From Malacoraja senta (Eukaryota): DNA of 64,000 nt. A model generated the notes under the pieces. That model had not been told where the DNA came from. It was given only the letters and a program-made list of their open reading frames with translations, and searched no databases. The stretch lies in NCBI GenBank assembly GCA_038087875.1, contig CM075991.1, forward strand, positions 4,464,001-4,528,000. The letters are read 5' to 3'. A program made the translations under genes and the position numbers. Positions 25,185 through 38,898 of the stretch are shown here, in pieces. Within the stretch, counting starts at the first letter, position 1; each line of letters begins with the position of its first letter.

Positions 25185-26008
25185 CACTGCCTCAAAAAGG
25201 TAGCCAGCATCAAGGACCCATACCATCCTAGCCACGTTCTCATTTCATGCCTGCCATTAGGAAGAAGTTACAGGAAGCTGAAAATTAACATCCAGGAACA
25301 GCTTCTTCCAAACAACCATCAAGCTATTGAATCCTATGAACTCCAACTAAACTCTGAACTACAAACTGCCTTAATTGCAGCATGGACTTTGGCCTTTATT
25401 TTGTTTTTTTTGTACAATATTGTCTTTTTCATTAATTTAATTTTTTTTAATATTTTTTTTTGTTTTGTTTATTTTATTAGAAGTTAATACAATACAAAAC
25501 AATACAGTGGTACCTAATTTTAGGTGCCAACTATGTCATAACGTAATGCATTCTATGTACAACCTCTAGTTTTATGTTTTTGAAAATGAGGTAAAAAATT
25601 TTTTAAAAAGAAAAAAAAATAGAGAAAAGAGGAAAAATAAATAGTAGAAAATAGAAAAACGTGAAGTGTGTATATAAGAAAAGAAAAAATAGAAAGTAGA
25701 AATAGTAGAAAAAGACCCTTAAAAAAGAAATTTTCAAATCTTTGTTTGGAGATGTAAATCTATCCACGACCTGACCTGAAATCAGTAATCTTTACGGTAC
25801 TGCTGCATCACATGATTCCAAAAAGTCGATGAAAGGTGACCAACTCCTTAAGAATTGGTCATATTTATCTATTAGGCGGAGTCTCATTTCTTCTAGGTGT
25901 GCTATGTCCGTCATATTTTTTTAAATATTATTTATATTATTCCTGCAGGTAAGAATTTAATTGTTCTGTTTCAGTACATTCAGATGACAACAAAACTCTT
26001 GAGTCTTA
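25185..26008 (+). mobile_element. Rex1/Babar fragment interrupted by an L1 3' end
   Basis: HCLKKVASIKDPYHPSH..LPLGRSYR; the 3'UTR resumes at about 25925. Confidence 0.65.
25440..25914 (-). mobile_element. L1-type LINE 3' end with poly(A) tail
   Basis: Minus-strand 25914-25792 reads MTDIAHLEEMRLRLIDKYDQFLRSWSPFIDFLESCDAAVP*, like a fish L1 ORF2 C-terminus (W-x-P-F); T-rich UTR; poly(A) at about 25440-78. Confidence 0.7.
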
Positions 26009-26048
26009 TATTCTATGCCACGACTGACAAAAGCAAAACTCTCCAATG

Positions 26049-26471
26049 CATAGAAACATAGAAAATAGGTGCAGGAGGAGGCCATTCGGCCCTTCGAGCC
26101 TGCACCACCATTCAATATGATCATGGCTGATCATCCAACTCAGTATCCTGTACCTGCCTTCTCTCCATACCCCCTGATCCCTTTAGCCACAAGGGCCACA
26201 TCTAACTCCCTCTTAAATATAGCCAATGAACTGGCCTCAACTGCCTTCTGTGGCAGAGAATTCCACAGATTCACCACTCTCAGTGTAAAAAATGATTTTC
26301 TCATCTCGGTCCTAAAAGACGTCCCCCTTATCCTTAAACTGTGACCCCTTGTTCTGGACTTCCCCAACATTGGGAATAATCTTCCTGCATCTAGCCTGTC
26401 CAACCCCTTAAGAATTTTGTACGTTTCTATAAGATCCCCCCTCAACCTTCTAAATTCTAGCGAGTACAAGC
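26049..26471 (-). mobile_element. CR1 3' fragment
   Basis: ORF 26140-26469, intact CR1 ORF2 C-terminus. Confidence 0.9.
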
Positions 26472-27059
26472 ATCCCTCACCTGCACCAATGCACCTCTCT
26501 GTGCTGCCACTATCAACACTTTCTTAAACCCAACCGATTACAGTGTATGTATATCTTATGCTCAATAGACCTTCAATGGTTCATAGCGCAGAAATATTTT
26601 CTCCAAAACGGGGGATAGGAGGTTTTTGCAGTTGGACTTTGTAGATCACATCACTACATAAGATCAGTCAGCCAACTTGTATTACAAAAGATTATTTATT
26701 TTGGCTGTCCAAGGCCTAACAATAAACCAAATCAGTAGAAAATTGTGGGTTGATGGAGAAAAATAAGGAGTAAAGATAAATAGACATCTTTTTAAAAGAA
26801 TGGCGCACGAAGGATGGTCCACATGCTGTAAAGCCACGACATTAATCACTTTGTCTCAATCTACAACGTTAGAAGTAAAACACTGAAGCTTTAGCTCTCC
26901 ACAGGCCAGCTGCATGTTATTTAATACACTGTCCAATCACTGTTCGGAAGATAATGCGATCAGTGATATCATGTGGCAATTAAAACGAGTCGGTGAGGCA
27001 CGAAACAGGCCCTTCAGCCTTACTCAACCATGTTAACCAGATTTTATAACCAAGCTATG

Positions 27060-27270
27060 TGAAGCAAAGAACGAACTGCAGATGCTGGTTTAAATCGAAG
27101 GTAGACACAAAATGCTGGAGTAACTCAGCGGGACAGACAGCATCTCTGGAGAGAAGGAATGGGTGACGAGACTCAGTCTGAAGAAGGGTCTCGACCTGAA
27201 ATGTCACCCATTCCTTCTGTCCAAGATGCTGCCTGTCCTGCTGAATTACTTCAGCATTTTGTGTCTACCT
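27060..27270. mobile_element. Penelope-derived hairpin element
   Basis: Inverted arms around ctgaagaagggtctcgacc. Confidence 0.75.
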
Positions 27271-29044
27271 TTATAACCGAGCTAGTCCCATCTGCCTGTG
27301 TTTGGCCCAGCCTATCCCTCTATGCCTTTCTATTCATGTACCTGTCTAAATGTTGTTTGACCATCGCCATTGTACCCACATCTACAGCTTCCTCTGGCAG
27401 CTCGTGGACTTGATGGACCCGTTTCCATGCTGTAATTCTAAATAAACTATAGATGACCAACAGTGGATTCAATACAGATCTCTGCAGCACTTCTCTGGCA
27501 ACAGGCCTCCAATCAGAAAAACAACCTTCCACTTTAGACTTCAGAGATAGTGTGGAAACACGCCCTTCGGCTCACCGAGTCCATGCCAATCAGCGATTAC
27601 CCCATACACTGGCACTATCCTACACACTTGGGACAATTTACAGAAGTCAACTAACCTACAAATCTCCACGTCTTTGCTGTGTGGGAGGAAACCGGAGCAC
27701 CTGGAGAAAACCCACACGGGGGTCACAGGGAGAACGTACAAACTCCAAACAGTCAGAGGACATTTTTAAGGCAGAGATAGATTCTTGATTAGTAGGGGTG
27801 TCAGGGGTTTGGAGGAGAAGGCAGGAGTATGGGGTTAAGAGGGAAAGTAGATCAGCCATGATTGAATGGCGGAGGAGATGATGCGTCGAATGGCCTACTT
27901 CTGCTCCAATCTCTTATAAAATGCAATTTTAGCTTTTTCTAGGATGGCGTCAGGTCAGGCAGAAGGTTTGCTCAATGGATATTTTTAAGGCAGAGATATA
28001 GATTCTTGATTAGTCAGGTGTCAGAGGTTATGAGGAGAAGGCAGGAGAATGAGGTTAGGGGGGGGGGAGAGAGATAGATCAGCCATGATTGAATGGCGTA
28101 GTCTTGATGGGCCGAATGGCCTAATTCTGCTCCTAACCCTTATGACCTTCTGCGGTGTGACGCACAACACATGGCAACTGGAGGGCAGAGGCTGAATGAG
28201 CCAATAATTTTGTGTTACTGTTCCCTAACATTAACAAGTCCTCGAGTTTAACGCTTAATGTTTGAATGCAAAGTGCAACCAACCTCAAAGCAGCTGCTGC
28301 CTCAGACAGACATCAAACCATCTGGAGTATTTATAAATTAAATTGACACCTTTTGCTATCTTGTGAATATGTACAATTTGGCATCGATTTGATCATCTTG
28401 TATTATCCCAACCAAATGGTGAATAACACACAGGAACATTGACCAGAGGCCAAAGCCCAAGGCAACCAAACCTCAAAAATACACATGCAAAACACATCTT
28501 AATTATCTTTTCAACAGTGCGATCCAACAATCAGATTGCTAATTAAGTAGAAATGAAGAACTGCAGATGGTGAAATGAAGAACTGCAGATGGTGGTTTAC
28601 ACAATGTGCTGGAGTAACTCAGCGAGTCAGGCAGCTTCTCTGGAGAACATGGAAACCAGGATAGATGACCTTTCTGGTCTGAAGAAGTGTCCCGACCCAA
28701 AACGTAATCTATCCATGTTCTCCAGCGATGTTTTGCCTGGCCTACCGAGTTACTCCAGCACTTTGAGCCACTTAAGAGTGTTTCCTCCTTCCGTAAGAGC
28801 ACAGCTAATCTGATTTTGGCCACAACACTACACCCCTGCTCTTTCCCCACCATTTCCTTGTGGTTTAAATGTCTAACAATCTCCGTCTTGAATGATTCTG
28901 TCTGCAGAACTCACTGGAACCAAGTTCCAAAGATTCATGATCTTTATCTTAAACTAAAAGTGAAAAGACTTTTGAAACTATGCTGCCATTTTCTAGGGAA
29001 CTATGCTGCCACAAAGGGAATATTCTCTTGGCAAGTTGGCATCA

Positions 29045-29452
29045 TAGATACATAGAAATTAGGTGCAGGAGTAGGCCATTCGGCCCTTCGAGCCTGCACA
29101 GCCATTCAATACGATCATGGCTGATCATCCAACTCAGTATCCCGTACCTGCCTTCTCTCCATACCCCTGATCCCTTTAGCCACAAGGGCCACATCTAATT
29201 CCCTCTTAAATATAGCCAATGAACTGGCCTCAACTACCCTCTGTGGCAGAGAGTTCCAGAGATTCACCACTCTCTGTGTGAAAAAGTTTTTCCTCATCTC
29301 GGTCTTAAAGGATTTTCCCCTTATCCTTAAGCTGTGACCCCTTGTCCTGGACTTCCCCAACATCGGGAACAATCTTCCTGCATCTAGCCTGTCCAACCCC
29401 ATAAGAATCTTGTACGTTTCTATAAGATCCCCTCTCAATCTCCTAAATTCCA
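29045..29452 (-). mobile_element. CR1 3' fragment
   Basis: Near-identical to the 5720-6130 copy. Confidence 0.9.
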
Positions 29453-30317
29453 CCCTGTTAACCCTCCCAGAATCTTATTTTTCACACAAGATCATCTCTC
29501 ATTCTTTCAAACTAGGCCCAGTCTGCACCACCTAACGCACACATCATTCCCTTGATGCCGGGAAATAATCTAATGTATCTTCTGAGGATGCAGGAAATAA
29601 ACATATAATGCTGGAGTAACTCGGTGGGACCCGCAGCATCTCTGGATAGAAGGAATGGGTGACGTTTCGGGTCGAAACCCTTCTTCAGACTCGCATCACC
29701 CCATGAACACAAAGACTAAAACTGTACACAATACTCAAGTACAACTCACCAGCATTCATTATATTCCCCAATGTTATGCTCCATACTCTGTGCAATGAAA
29801 AACATTATTTCCAACTACCTGCTGTGTCTGAATGCTGACTTTTCCTGTTTCTTTCACTTAGACACCCACATCCCTCTGTGCCACAACATAGTGCAATCTC
29901 GCTTAGTTTAAATAGCTCACGCTTTCACTCTTGTACTTCAACAACTTCTTGTCTGCTCACGTCCCTTCTGCAGGCTCCATGTCACCCCCACAACCTGCTC
30001 GTCCACCTATTCTTGTCAAAACAAGGAACTGCAGATGCTGGTTGACACAAAAGGCCACATCGTGCTGGAGTAACACAGCAAATCAGGAAGCATCTCTGGA
30101 GAACATGTGCAGGAAAGAACTGCAGACGTTGGATGAAAACATTGGTGACGTTCTATTCTTGTATCATCTGTAAATCTGGCTGCAGGAGCTATGATCTTTC
30201 ATGCGGATCACTAGTATTGATTATAAATAGTTCAGGCCCCGTTAGTTACCGATTGCCATTATGATAGTTGCCCAGCCAACCTGCGGTACAGGTGGACTGA
30301 TCAGTTCCCTCTTACAG

Positions 30318-30710
30318 AGTATAGAAGTTGTGAGGTCATGTTGCAGTTGTATAAGATGTTGATGACACCGCATTCATTGTGTTCAGTTTTGGGCACCATG
30401 TTATAGGAAAGATATTGTCAAGCTTGAAAGAGTTCAGAAAAGAGTTACTATGGTGTTGCCAGGACTGGAGGGTGTGAGCTATAGGGAGAGGTTGAGTAGG
30501 CTGGGTCTCGATTCCTTGGAGGATGTGGGGTGATCTTATAGAGGTGTACAAAATCATGAGAGGAATAGATTGGGTAGATGCAGAGTCTCTTGCCCAGAGT
30601 ATGGGAATCAAGGACCAGAGGACATAGGTTCCAGGGGAAAAGATTTCATAGGAATCTGAGGGGTAACTTTTTCACACAAAGAGTGGTGTGTGTATGGAAC
30701 AAGCTGCCAG
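30318..30710 (+). mobile_element. CR1 fragment running into the gap
   Basis: CR1 ORF2 C-terminal motifs. Confidence 0.8.
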
Positions 30711-30910
30711 NNNNNNNNNNNNNNNNNNNNNNNNNNNNNNNNNNNNNNNNNNNNNNNNNNNNNNNNNNNNNNNNNNNNNNNNNNNNNNNNNNNNNNNNNN
30801 NNNNNNNNNNNNNNNNNNNNNNNNNNNNNNNNNNNNNNNNNNNNNNNNNNNNNNNNNNNNNNNNNNNNNNNNNNNNNNNNNNNNNNNNNNNNNNNNNNNN
30901 NNNNNNNNNN
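30711..30910. other. Assembly gap (200 N)
   Basis: Run of N. Confidence 1.
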
Positions 30911-32719
30911 TTGGGGCTGGAGTCACATACAAGCAGGACAGGGTATGGACTGACCTCTCTTCTGAAATGCATCACTGAGTCCACACATAACCTTTCCTCT
31001 TGGTTTATATTTCACGCCTCCTCTTCTCTCATCTCACCCTTTTGTCTCCTTTCCACCTCGAGCCTTTGTCACTATCTCCATCCATCTGACAATCAAACTG
31101 CTCTCAGCTGTATCCACCCATCACTTACCAGGCCTTGCCTCCCCATCCCCACGTTCTGTTTCCTGCTTTCTTCCCCCCTACAATCAGCCTTAATCAGGGT
31201 CCTGACCCTAATTGTTAGCAGTCCATTCTGTCCAGCCCGATGCTGCTTGACCCGCTGAGTTCCTCCAGCACTTTGTGTTTTGATCACGATTCCAGCATCT
31301 GCAGTTCCTTGCGGCCCCATTACGGACTCATGCCTTTGGGACAATCTGATCGTTTTATAATCAATGTTACTGATACAGACTTTCTTTTGATTCCTTTAGA
31401 TTTACTTAATTACTGGATCTTTTGGCAGGATTCAAACATGTCTCTGGAGGATAGGTTCAGGGATACAAGTCCAGTAACTGAAACATTATGCTGTGTAGCT
31501 TTTAAGCTTGTGAAGAGGCCGTAGATAGCTTCTGAAGGGAAAACATCCAAACTGAAAAATCCAACATTTTCATGGTTAGGATGCAGGTTAACTGTTAATA
31601 TGGTGACAATGTTTAAATATCTATTAACAGTCACAATGTATTAATATATATTTATATGTAAAGGACAGAGTGTACAGGCCACTTCTATATTTAAAGCATT
31701 TTCAGGCAGGGTTCATTGATACAAGATTAACCACAAGGGATTGGGAGCTAGTGCTCGCACATTGAAAGGCAGTGGAAGTCATTTCTACAATTAGTCATTG
31801 AGACAGAATCGATTGCTGTGATCCTGCGTTGGATTAGAAAGAAGGATGAAAGGGTTAGGAGGAAGGGAGGATGGATGTAATTAGGTCTATTTGTTCATTT
31901 GGAGATGTGGACAGTGAACTGGTTGGGCCGAATGGCCTCTCAGGACTGTAACTTACGTGTTTAGGTACGGATGTGCAGTGGGCTTGCCAGAGTATACATT
32001 CCATCCAGCTGTAACGTGCAACAGGCTTTCAGAACATGAACTCTAGTTATGGGATTAGTTTACCCTGACATCATTATAAGGATATTGTGGGTGGAATGGC
32101 CTGTTCCTGTTCTGTTCTGTGCTGTATTCTATTTTATATATCTGGTTATGCAAAATGCAAGTTAAATAATCTGAATCTGACTACATTTAATTGCAAAGTG
32201 ATGTCATAGCCCAAAGGTGTAATCGAGGTGTTGGCATTGTGGGTGTGAGATCAGATTTAAAATTCAGGATGGACGGCCTCAAATACTGGATGTCTTCAAG
32301 CTAAATATCCCTATTGTGTATCGCAAGGTCCAGTTCATTCAGAATGTCATAAAGGTTAATTTTTCACAAAATTAAGTGATGCCCAGATAAGATGAAGGAC
32401 CAATTCCCTCACAAAGATGTTGCTAACCAAAGATAGACACAAAAGGCAGGAGTAACTCAGCGGGACAGGCAGCGTCTCTGGAGGGAAGGAATGGGTGATG
32501 TTTTAGGTCAAGACCTTTCTTCATTTGAATCTATTCCTTCTCTCCAGAGAAGCTGCCCGTCCCACTGAGTTACTCCAGCATTTTGTGTCTATGAACTCCA
32601 GTTACCCAGGTACACTATGGTTCATCCCCCTTTATCAGTCCAGGACAGTATCACTCTTCAAAAGCAGATGAAGAAAAGCAGGTGAAATGCAGATCAATTG
32701 ACAGGTTCTTGATTACTAA

Positions 32720-33028
32720 AGGGCCTGTCCCACTGTACGAGGTAATTCAAGGGTTCTCCCGAGTTTCCCCTGATTCGAACTTGGAGAATTACGGTAATAG
32801 TTGCTCGTAGGTACTTGGGGTTCTCATGGACATTTTTCAATATGTTGAAAAACCTTCCCGAGCTTACCGCGTTTCCCGAGTACCTGCCGTTAGCGTTACG
32901 AGCCGCTACGAGACGTCCCGAGCTCCGACGTACCCACTACGTACATTCTACGTACTTACCACAAGTTTGATTTTATTTTTCAAACTCGGGAGAGCTCTTG
33001 AATTACCTCGTACAGTGGGACAGGGCCG
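32720..33028. mobile_element. PIF/Harbinger-type MITE with TAA TSD, inserted in a CR1 tail
   Basis: TIR AGGGCCTGTCCCACTGTACGAGGTAATTCAAG; TAA at 32717-19 and 33029-31. Confidence 0.85.
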
Positions 33029-35130
33029 TAAGGGCGTCAAAGGTTATGGGGAGAAGGCAGGAGAATGTGATGGGGTTGAGAGGGAAAAATAGATCAGCCA
33101 TGACTGAATGGCGGAGCCGACTCAATGGGCTGAATGGCCTAATTCTGCTCCGATTTTCCAGTCATATTGAAATATTGAGCATGATGTTCATGGAGTCTAC
33201 TTTGCAAATAGTGGGTCCAAAGTCACCCATGGATTTTCTCCAGAGATGCTGCCTGACCCACTGAGTTTCTCCAGTACTTTGTGTCTATCCCTTGCAAAGA
33301 GTTATATCAATGCCTGCAAAAAACATGCAGGAAATGCAAAGTAAAAGAGAACTTGCCTTCCTTTAGCACCTTTCGCAACCTTAGACTGCCCCCAGGGAGT
33401 GACGTGCTGGTGAAGTATGGTCATGATGGAGTTGACCCTGCAGGAAATTTGACACAGCACCCAGCCGCTCAGAGTAGTATGTGATGGGCTGGGAAACAGT
33501 GTTAGTAATATTGGTTGAATAAGACAGTGGAAGGAGCCACCACCCCTCCCGCACCATGCAAACGATCCCATCCACCTGTGCAAGCCAGCAGGATGTCAAT
33601 TTAAAAACCCACTCTCACAGTGTCAATCTCCTGTATCGGTCGTGGGCGTCAGATGAGATTATCTGTCCAGGGGTCTGACCAACAAACGTCCCACCCCAGA
33701 AGGGAAGGTGCTCACTCCCGTGGAGCAGACACCAATAGCGCCTTGGCATTTTAATCTCTCCTCTGTCGTAATCATCTTGTCCGCTTCGATACAATCCCCC
33801 AACAGATGTTTGTTGGGAGAGATACAATGGATCACCAGCTCCCACATCTGGAAACATTATTACAGCTAAATCCTTGAAGTCAAGTTCACCCCTCAATAAA
33901 AACGATGCCAGCTCCTCAGTATCCTCAAGAATATGTGCGGATGAGGAGAGGACACATATGCAATTGTCTTTACTGCTACTTTTTCAAAGGCCCGTTTGTG
34001 CAGTGGCTTTGTATCTTTTTACGTTCTGACGAAAAGCAGTTTCGTTTGCTACGATTGGTTGAGTTAGTCTGGACTGACGTTCAACTAGTTATCTAGATAT
34101 TTAAAAGTAGATCATATTACATCAGACAGAGTCAGGAGAGGGAGTGAGGCTTTAATTGCAAACTTGCTACTGAACGGCTACTTACAAAGTATTCAAAGAC
34201 TCCAAATCATCCCAAACTATCCAATATTTCAGCTATCGATTGGAAAGAAATTGTATAAACTAGTATCCTGAAAGTGTGTGACTGCTACTTTGAACTTAAA
34301 AAATCCCAACTAATCTTGGAAATAATATCGGTAAGTCTAGCAAAGCCTGTTATTAACTTTATTCATGAAATCGTTTGAAATGTTGGTTTACAGAGATCTA
34401 CTATTTTCAAACTGTTGTTGCACTGACTGTGATATTGATAATCTGTGACAAAGCAAAGATCAAGCCCTTGAGGGTCATCGAAGGGTCTACTTTTGCAAGA
34501 GCCATTGATTGAACATCTTGCATTGGTTGATGCAGGACAATTATTTTCCGCATACTGCACTGCGTCGCTCCAATGCAACTGTTTCATGCTTGTTGAATAA
34601 ATTCAGGAAACGGCAACAATGCAGTTCAAGAGGAGGAAGGATTAGAAAGTAAGCAGCAGGCCACGCCAGAGAAAGAGAAACACAGTTAATGGTTCTGATC
34701 GAGGGTTCATGAAAACCTAAGTTTAAGAGGAAGACAGACACAAAATGGAGTAACTCAGCCAGACAGGCAGCGTCTCTGGAGAGAAGGAATGGGTGACGTT
34801 TCGGGTCGAGCCCCTTCTTCAGGCAGAAGAAAGACTTCCTTAAGAGGAGGTCTGACTGCCAAATTGGAATCCAACATTTGGAACATAACTTGTCATTTGA
34901 GCAGTAGCAAAATTCTATAATATCAATGTGACCGTATGAAGAGAAAATTATGTTTAACAAATCCAATTGTTTTTTTAAAAGAGTATAAATTGTAGGGTAG
35001 GCAAGGGGGAACCAGTAGACGTGGTATATCTAGATGTGTAAATGCAAGGTACAAACACCAAAAGTTGTTAAAATAAAGCTGCCAGGGTTTTGATAATATT
35101 TCCGTATGAATAGAAGACTGGTTAACTGTA

Positions 35131-35425
35131 GAGGCGGCACGGATAGAGTTGCTGCCTTCCAGTGCCAGATATCCAGGTTCAATCCTGACTATAGGTACTG
35201 TCTGTATGGAGTTTGCACGTTCTCCCTGTGACCGTATGGGTTTTCTCCGGGTGCTCCGATTTCCTCCCACACTCCAAAGAAGTACAGGTTTGTATGCTAA
35301 TTGGCTTTGGTAAAATTGTAAATTGTCCCTAGTGTGTAGGATAGTGCTAGTGTGCAGGGTGATCGCTGGTCGACATGGTCTCGGTGGGCCGAAGGGCCTG
35401 TTTCAGTATCTCTAAAGTTTAAAGT
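35131..35425 (+). mobile_element. HE1-like V-SINE
   Basis: Head, V-domain and tail all present. Confidence 0.85.
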
Positions 35426-37730
35426 TCAATTAAAGTCTAGAGGGAAGGATAGTGCAGGCTCTTTTCAGGTTGGCTTGATTTGAGATTTTGGGTTCCACAG
35501 GGATCAATTAATGACTTAAAGGGAAAGTGAAGTGTAATGAATGTGAGTTTTCTATGAAACAGAACAAGGTGGGAAAGTGAACTGTGAGAACAAAGTCCCA
35601 GTCACAAAGGATATGGAAAGGTTAAACAAAATGAGAAGATGGGAGATGAGGAATGAGTGGGTTAATTTTTGATGAGCAATTGACAGTGGGCTTGTGAGTT
35701 TAGATGAGGGGGGACCTCATTGAAACGTACCGAATAATGAGTGGCTTAGATAGAGTGGATGTATAGAGGATGTTTCCACTAGTGGGAGAGTCTAGAGGTC
35801 ATAGCCTCAGAATTAAAGGACGTTCCTTTAGGAAGGAGATGAGGAGAAATTTGTGTAAGAAAGAACTACAGATGCTGGTTTAAATCGAAGGTAGACACAA
35901 AATGCTGGAGTAACTCAGAGGGACAGGCAGCATCTCTGGAGAGAAGGAATGGGTGATGTCGAGACCCTTCTTCAAAAATTTCTTTAGTCAGAGGGTGGTG
36001 AATCTGTGGAATTCTTTGCCACAGAAGGCTGTGGAGGCTGGCAATACATATTTTTAAGGCAAAGATAGATTCTTGATTAGTCAAGATTCAAGATTCAAGA
36101 GAGTTTTATTGTCATGTGTCCCAGATAGGACAATTAAATTCTTGCTTGCTGCAGCACAACAGACTATGCAAACAGAATACGGAACAGGAGATAAAAGTTC
36201 AGTGTGTCTATATTACTACGAGTGTCAGGGGTTATGGGGAGAAGGCAGGAGAATGGGGTTAGGAGGGAGATATAGATCTGCCATGACTGAATAGCTGAGT
36301 AGACTTGATGGGCCGAATGGCCTAATTCTTCTCGTATCACATGACCTTATGATGTGCTGAAGTATGAGATTAGGTTGGAAGAGTAGAAGAAAGTAGTTTA
36401 TAAATGATGAGATTCTCTTCCATGAAAACAAAAACAAAAACTGCAAGTACTGGAAAACCAGCTTAAAGCCAGAAAATACTGAAAATATTCAGCAGGTTGG
36501 GCTTCGTCAAATGGAAATTACACTTGAAGCGTACCTGTGCAAATATAATTTGAATACTTCCTCTAGCCTTCAACTAATTCGATGATATATGTACCACCAG
36601 GCTTACTTTGTAAAACATAATCTAACACCTCACTACCTCTCTGTCCATCCACACTGAATAGATTCTTGAGTTCTTGTGGAAACAAACAATAAAGTGCAAA
36701 AACCAAAATATAGTCCTAACTCGAGGCTGTTTGCAATTTAGTTGGAGCTTGTAGTGTTCAATAGTCTGACAGTTGTTGGGAAGAAGCAGTTCCTGAACCT
36801 GGATGTCGCAGTTTTCAGACTCATTCAGAATGTGTTTAGATTTTCAGAGAGTCCATTCATAAATTCTCACACCAGAGGTTGGTCAACAACATCTGCACTG
36901 GCATCTAATCAGCACTGCACCGATGTTACCTGCCCACTCTCTGTGTTTCCACACGTACTCTATCACTGCCCACAGTAATGGCACAGAATGAAACATTTAA
37001 AAGATACTTTCAGCATAAACGTTCTCCAAAGAACAGGTGATACAGAGCCCACTTTCTGGACCATTTAGCACAGAAGAGTTTGTGAAATTATCGGGCAAAA
37101 ACAATGGGGAGGGTGATGGAGGTGGAGAGGATTACTCTTAACCAGGAGAGGTGAACACTGATGAAGGTTATGGGGCACTCAGAGGTGGCAATGTACAAGT
37201 GACTGGCACTGCCCCAATTGAATATTCCTTCCTGGTCTTACACTTAGCTGAATTCCCGTATTGGGCCTTTACACAGCTGCACTTCAATAATGAGATTGAT
37301 AAGCAGTTGATTCTGTACCGCTGGCTAATAATAAGGGCATTTCTCAAAAGTTATCTGTAGGTCAATATTTTGCCCAGTTGTAAAATGACAGGTAATCTGG
37401 GCAGGTGAAGGATGTCCAAAGACAGGGAAGGTGCAAGGTGACCCAAAACAGTGATGTGGCGCAGCTGGTAGAGTTGCTAGCTGGGTTAGATGCTGACCAC
37501 GGCTACTGTCTGTGTGGAGTTTGCACGTTCTCTCTTTGACCCTGTGGGTTTTCTTCTGGTGTCAGAGTCATAGGGTGTGGAAACAGGCCCAACGTGCCCA
37601 CACGTACCAACATGTACCATCTACACTAGTCTCACCTGCCTGGAACGGAACATTGCCACCTTCCATCCTGTCCATCTTCCTGGTGCAAACAAAGCGTTAA
37701 GGGAAAAACTTGTTGATTTCACTTCTTGCA

Positions 37731-37953
37731 GCCAAATGACGTCCCCTCAATGTTCATCCAATCTTAAAATATGGGAAGACATGATTTAACGTCGCAGTAA
37801 AACTTTATTGCTTCTTGGTACGTTGCGCAAGTCAAGTTCGATGAATATTCCTGGCATTTGGATGTAACTGTTGCAAGTGTACTTGACATTGTTCTTGCCA
37901 CCGCCATAAATTTCGTGCCAGATGTCAACTTGTCCTTCACAGAGAGTATAAAA
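37731..37953 (+). promoter_or_regulatory. STAR: STAR proximal promoter
   Basis: TATAAAA 37947-53; near-CRE TGACGTCC 37737-44; perfect C/EBP palindrome TTGCGCAA 37823-30; SF-1-like TGTCCTTCA 37931-39; directly upstream of the ATG at 38014. Confidence 0.65.
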
Positions 37954-38013
37954 AAAATTGCACGGCGGACGAAAGGCAGAAGAGGGTCTGAGTGAACGTG
38001 CACGACACACAAG

Positions 38014-38077
38014 ATGATTCCAGCCACTTTTAAGCTCTGTGCGGCAATCTCCTATCAGCACGTCCGAACACTAACAG
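38014..38077 (+). CDS. STAR: STAR steroidogenic acute regulatory protein, coding exon 1 (mitochondrial presequence)
   Basis: MIPATFKLCAAISYQHVRTLT; 64 nt; gtaact donor. Confidence 0.95.
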
Positions 38078-38898
38078 GTAACTGCAAACAACTCATTCTA
38101 TCCGTTTGCTTTGTGATAATTAACTGGTAATACTTTGATGTCCAAATCAATGGTAGTTCAACCACTGTAGATGCAAATGCCAAGGATGGAGCAGAGGAAC
38201 AGAGGGGAGAATATGAATTGGCTCCTATCTTGTTTAGATGTTTCAGGGACATGAGGATCAGTAGAATTGTAAGTGGCTTCAAATGGATGCATGTGATTAA
38301 CCTCGTTGATCTTTCTGCCATTAGCAGAAGCTGCTGATCAATTAAACTGACGGATATTCTTGAAGTTCAGTAGTTGCCGCTACGAATGTTACAAACAGCA
38401 AACCATAACATTTGGACCCACAATGGCGTCCTTCACATGTCCGAATGCAAGGACACTAATCAACAAAGTGCCAATGAAGTCCGGGTTAGATGATGTGCTT
38501 TGTGTTTTCACAGGAATCTCAATTTTCTATAGATGTCGACAGCAAAACATTTATCTTTACAAGATGAAAGGTTTATTGCCATTGGCACACTCCCTTTTCT
38601 CCCTGATCTACATTTGCCTCTGAGTTTGCCAACAACAATGTGAAATCCTCAATGCTTTTTGTTTTTATGACAGTACGTGTCAGTTACAACATTTCGGCAC
38701 CAATAAAAAGTTAACCAGATTGTTTCATGCGCACTGGTGCCTATTTTGTCTACAAGTGAAGCACTGGAAATCCTTACCCTTGTTTCAATTGCCTCTTTGG
38801 TCTCATTCCTCCCTCTCTCCCTGTGAAGCAAAGACATGGGAGCAGAATTTGGCCATGCTACTCCGCCATTCGATCATGGCTGATCTATTTTTCCCTCT

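Noticed and set aside
30578..31258. Long ORFs across the N run
   Set aside because: Artefacts of the assembly gap joined to CR1 and PLE fragments
33615..33896. 93-aa minus-strand ORF in unique sequence
   Set aside because: No recognisable homology, non-ATG start, no supporting exon structure
23760..37700. LSM1 or BAG4 exons expected from human synteny
   Set aside because: No matching peptide was recognised on either strand by eye; content hidden in the gap cannot be excluded
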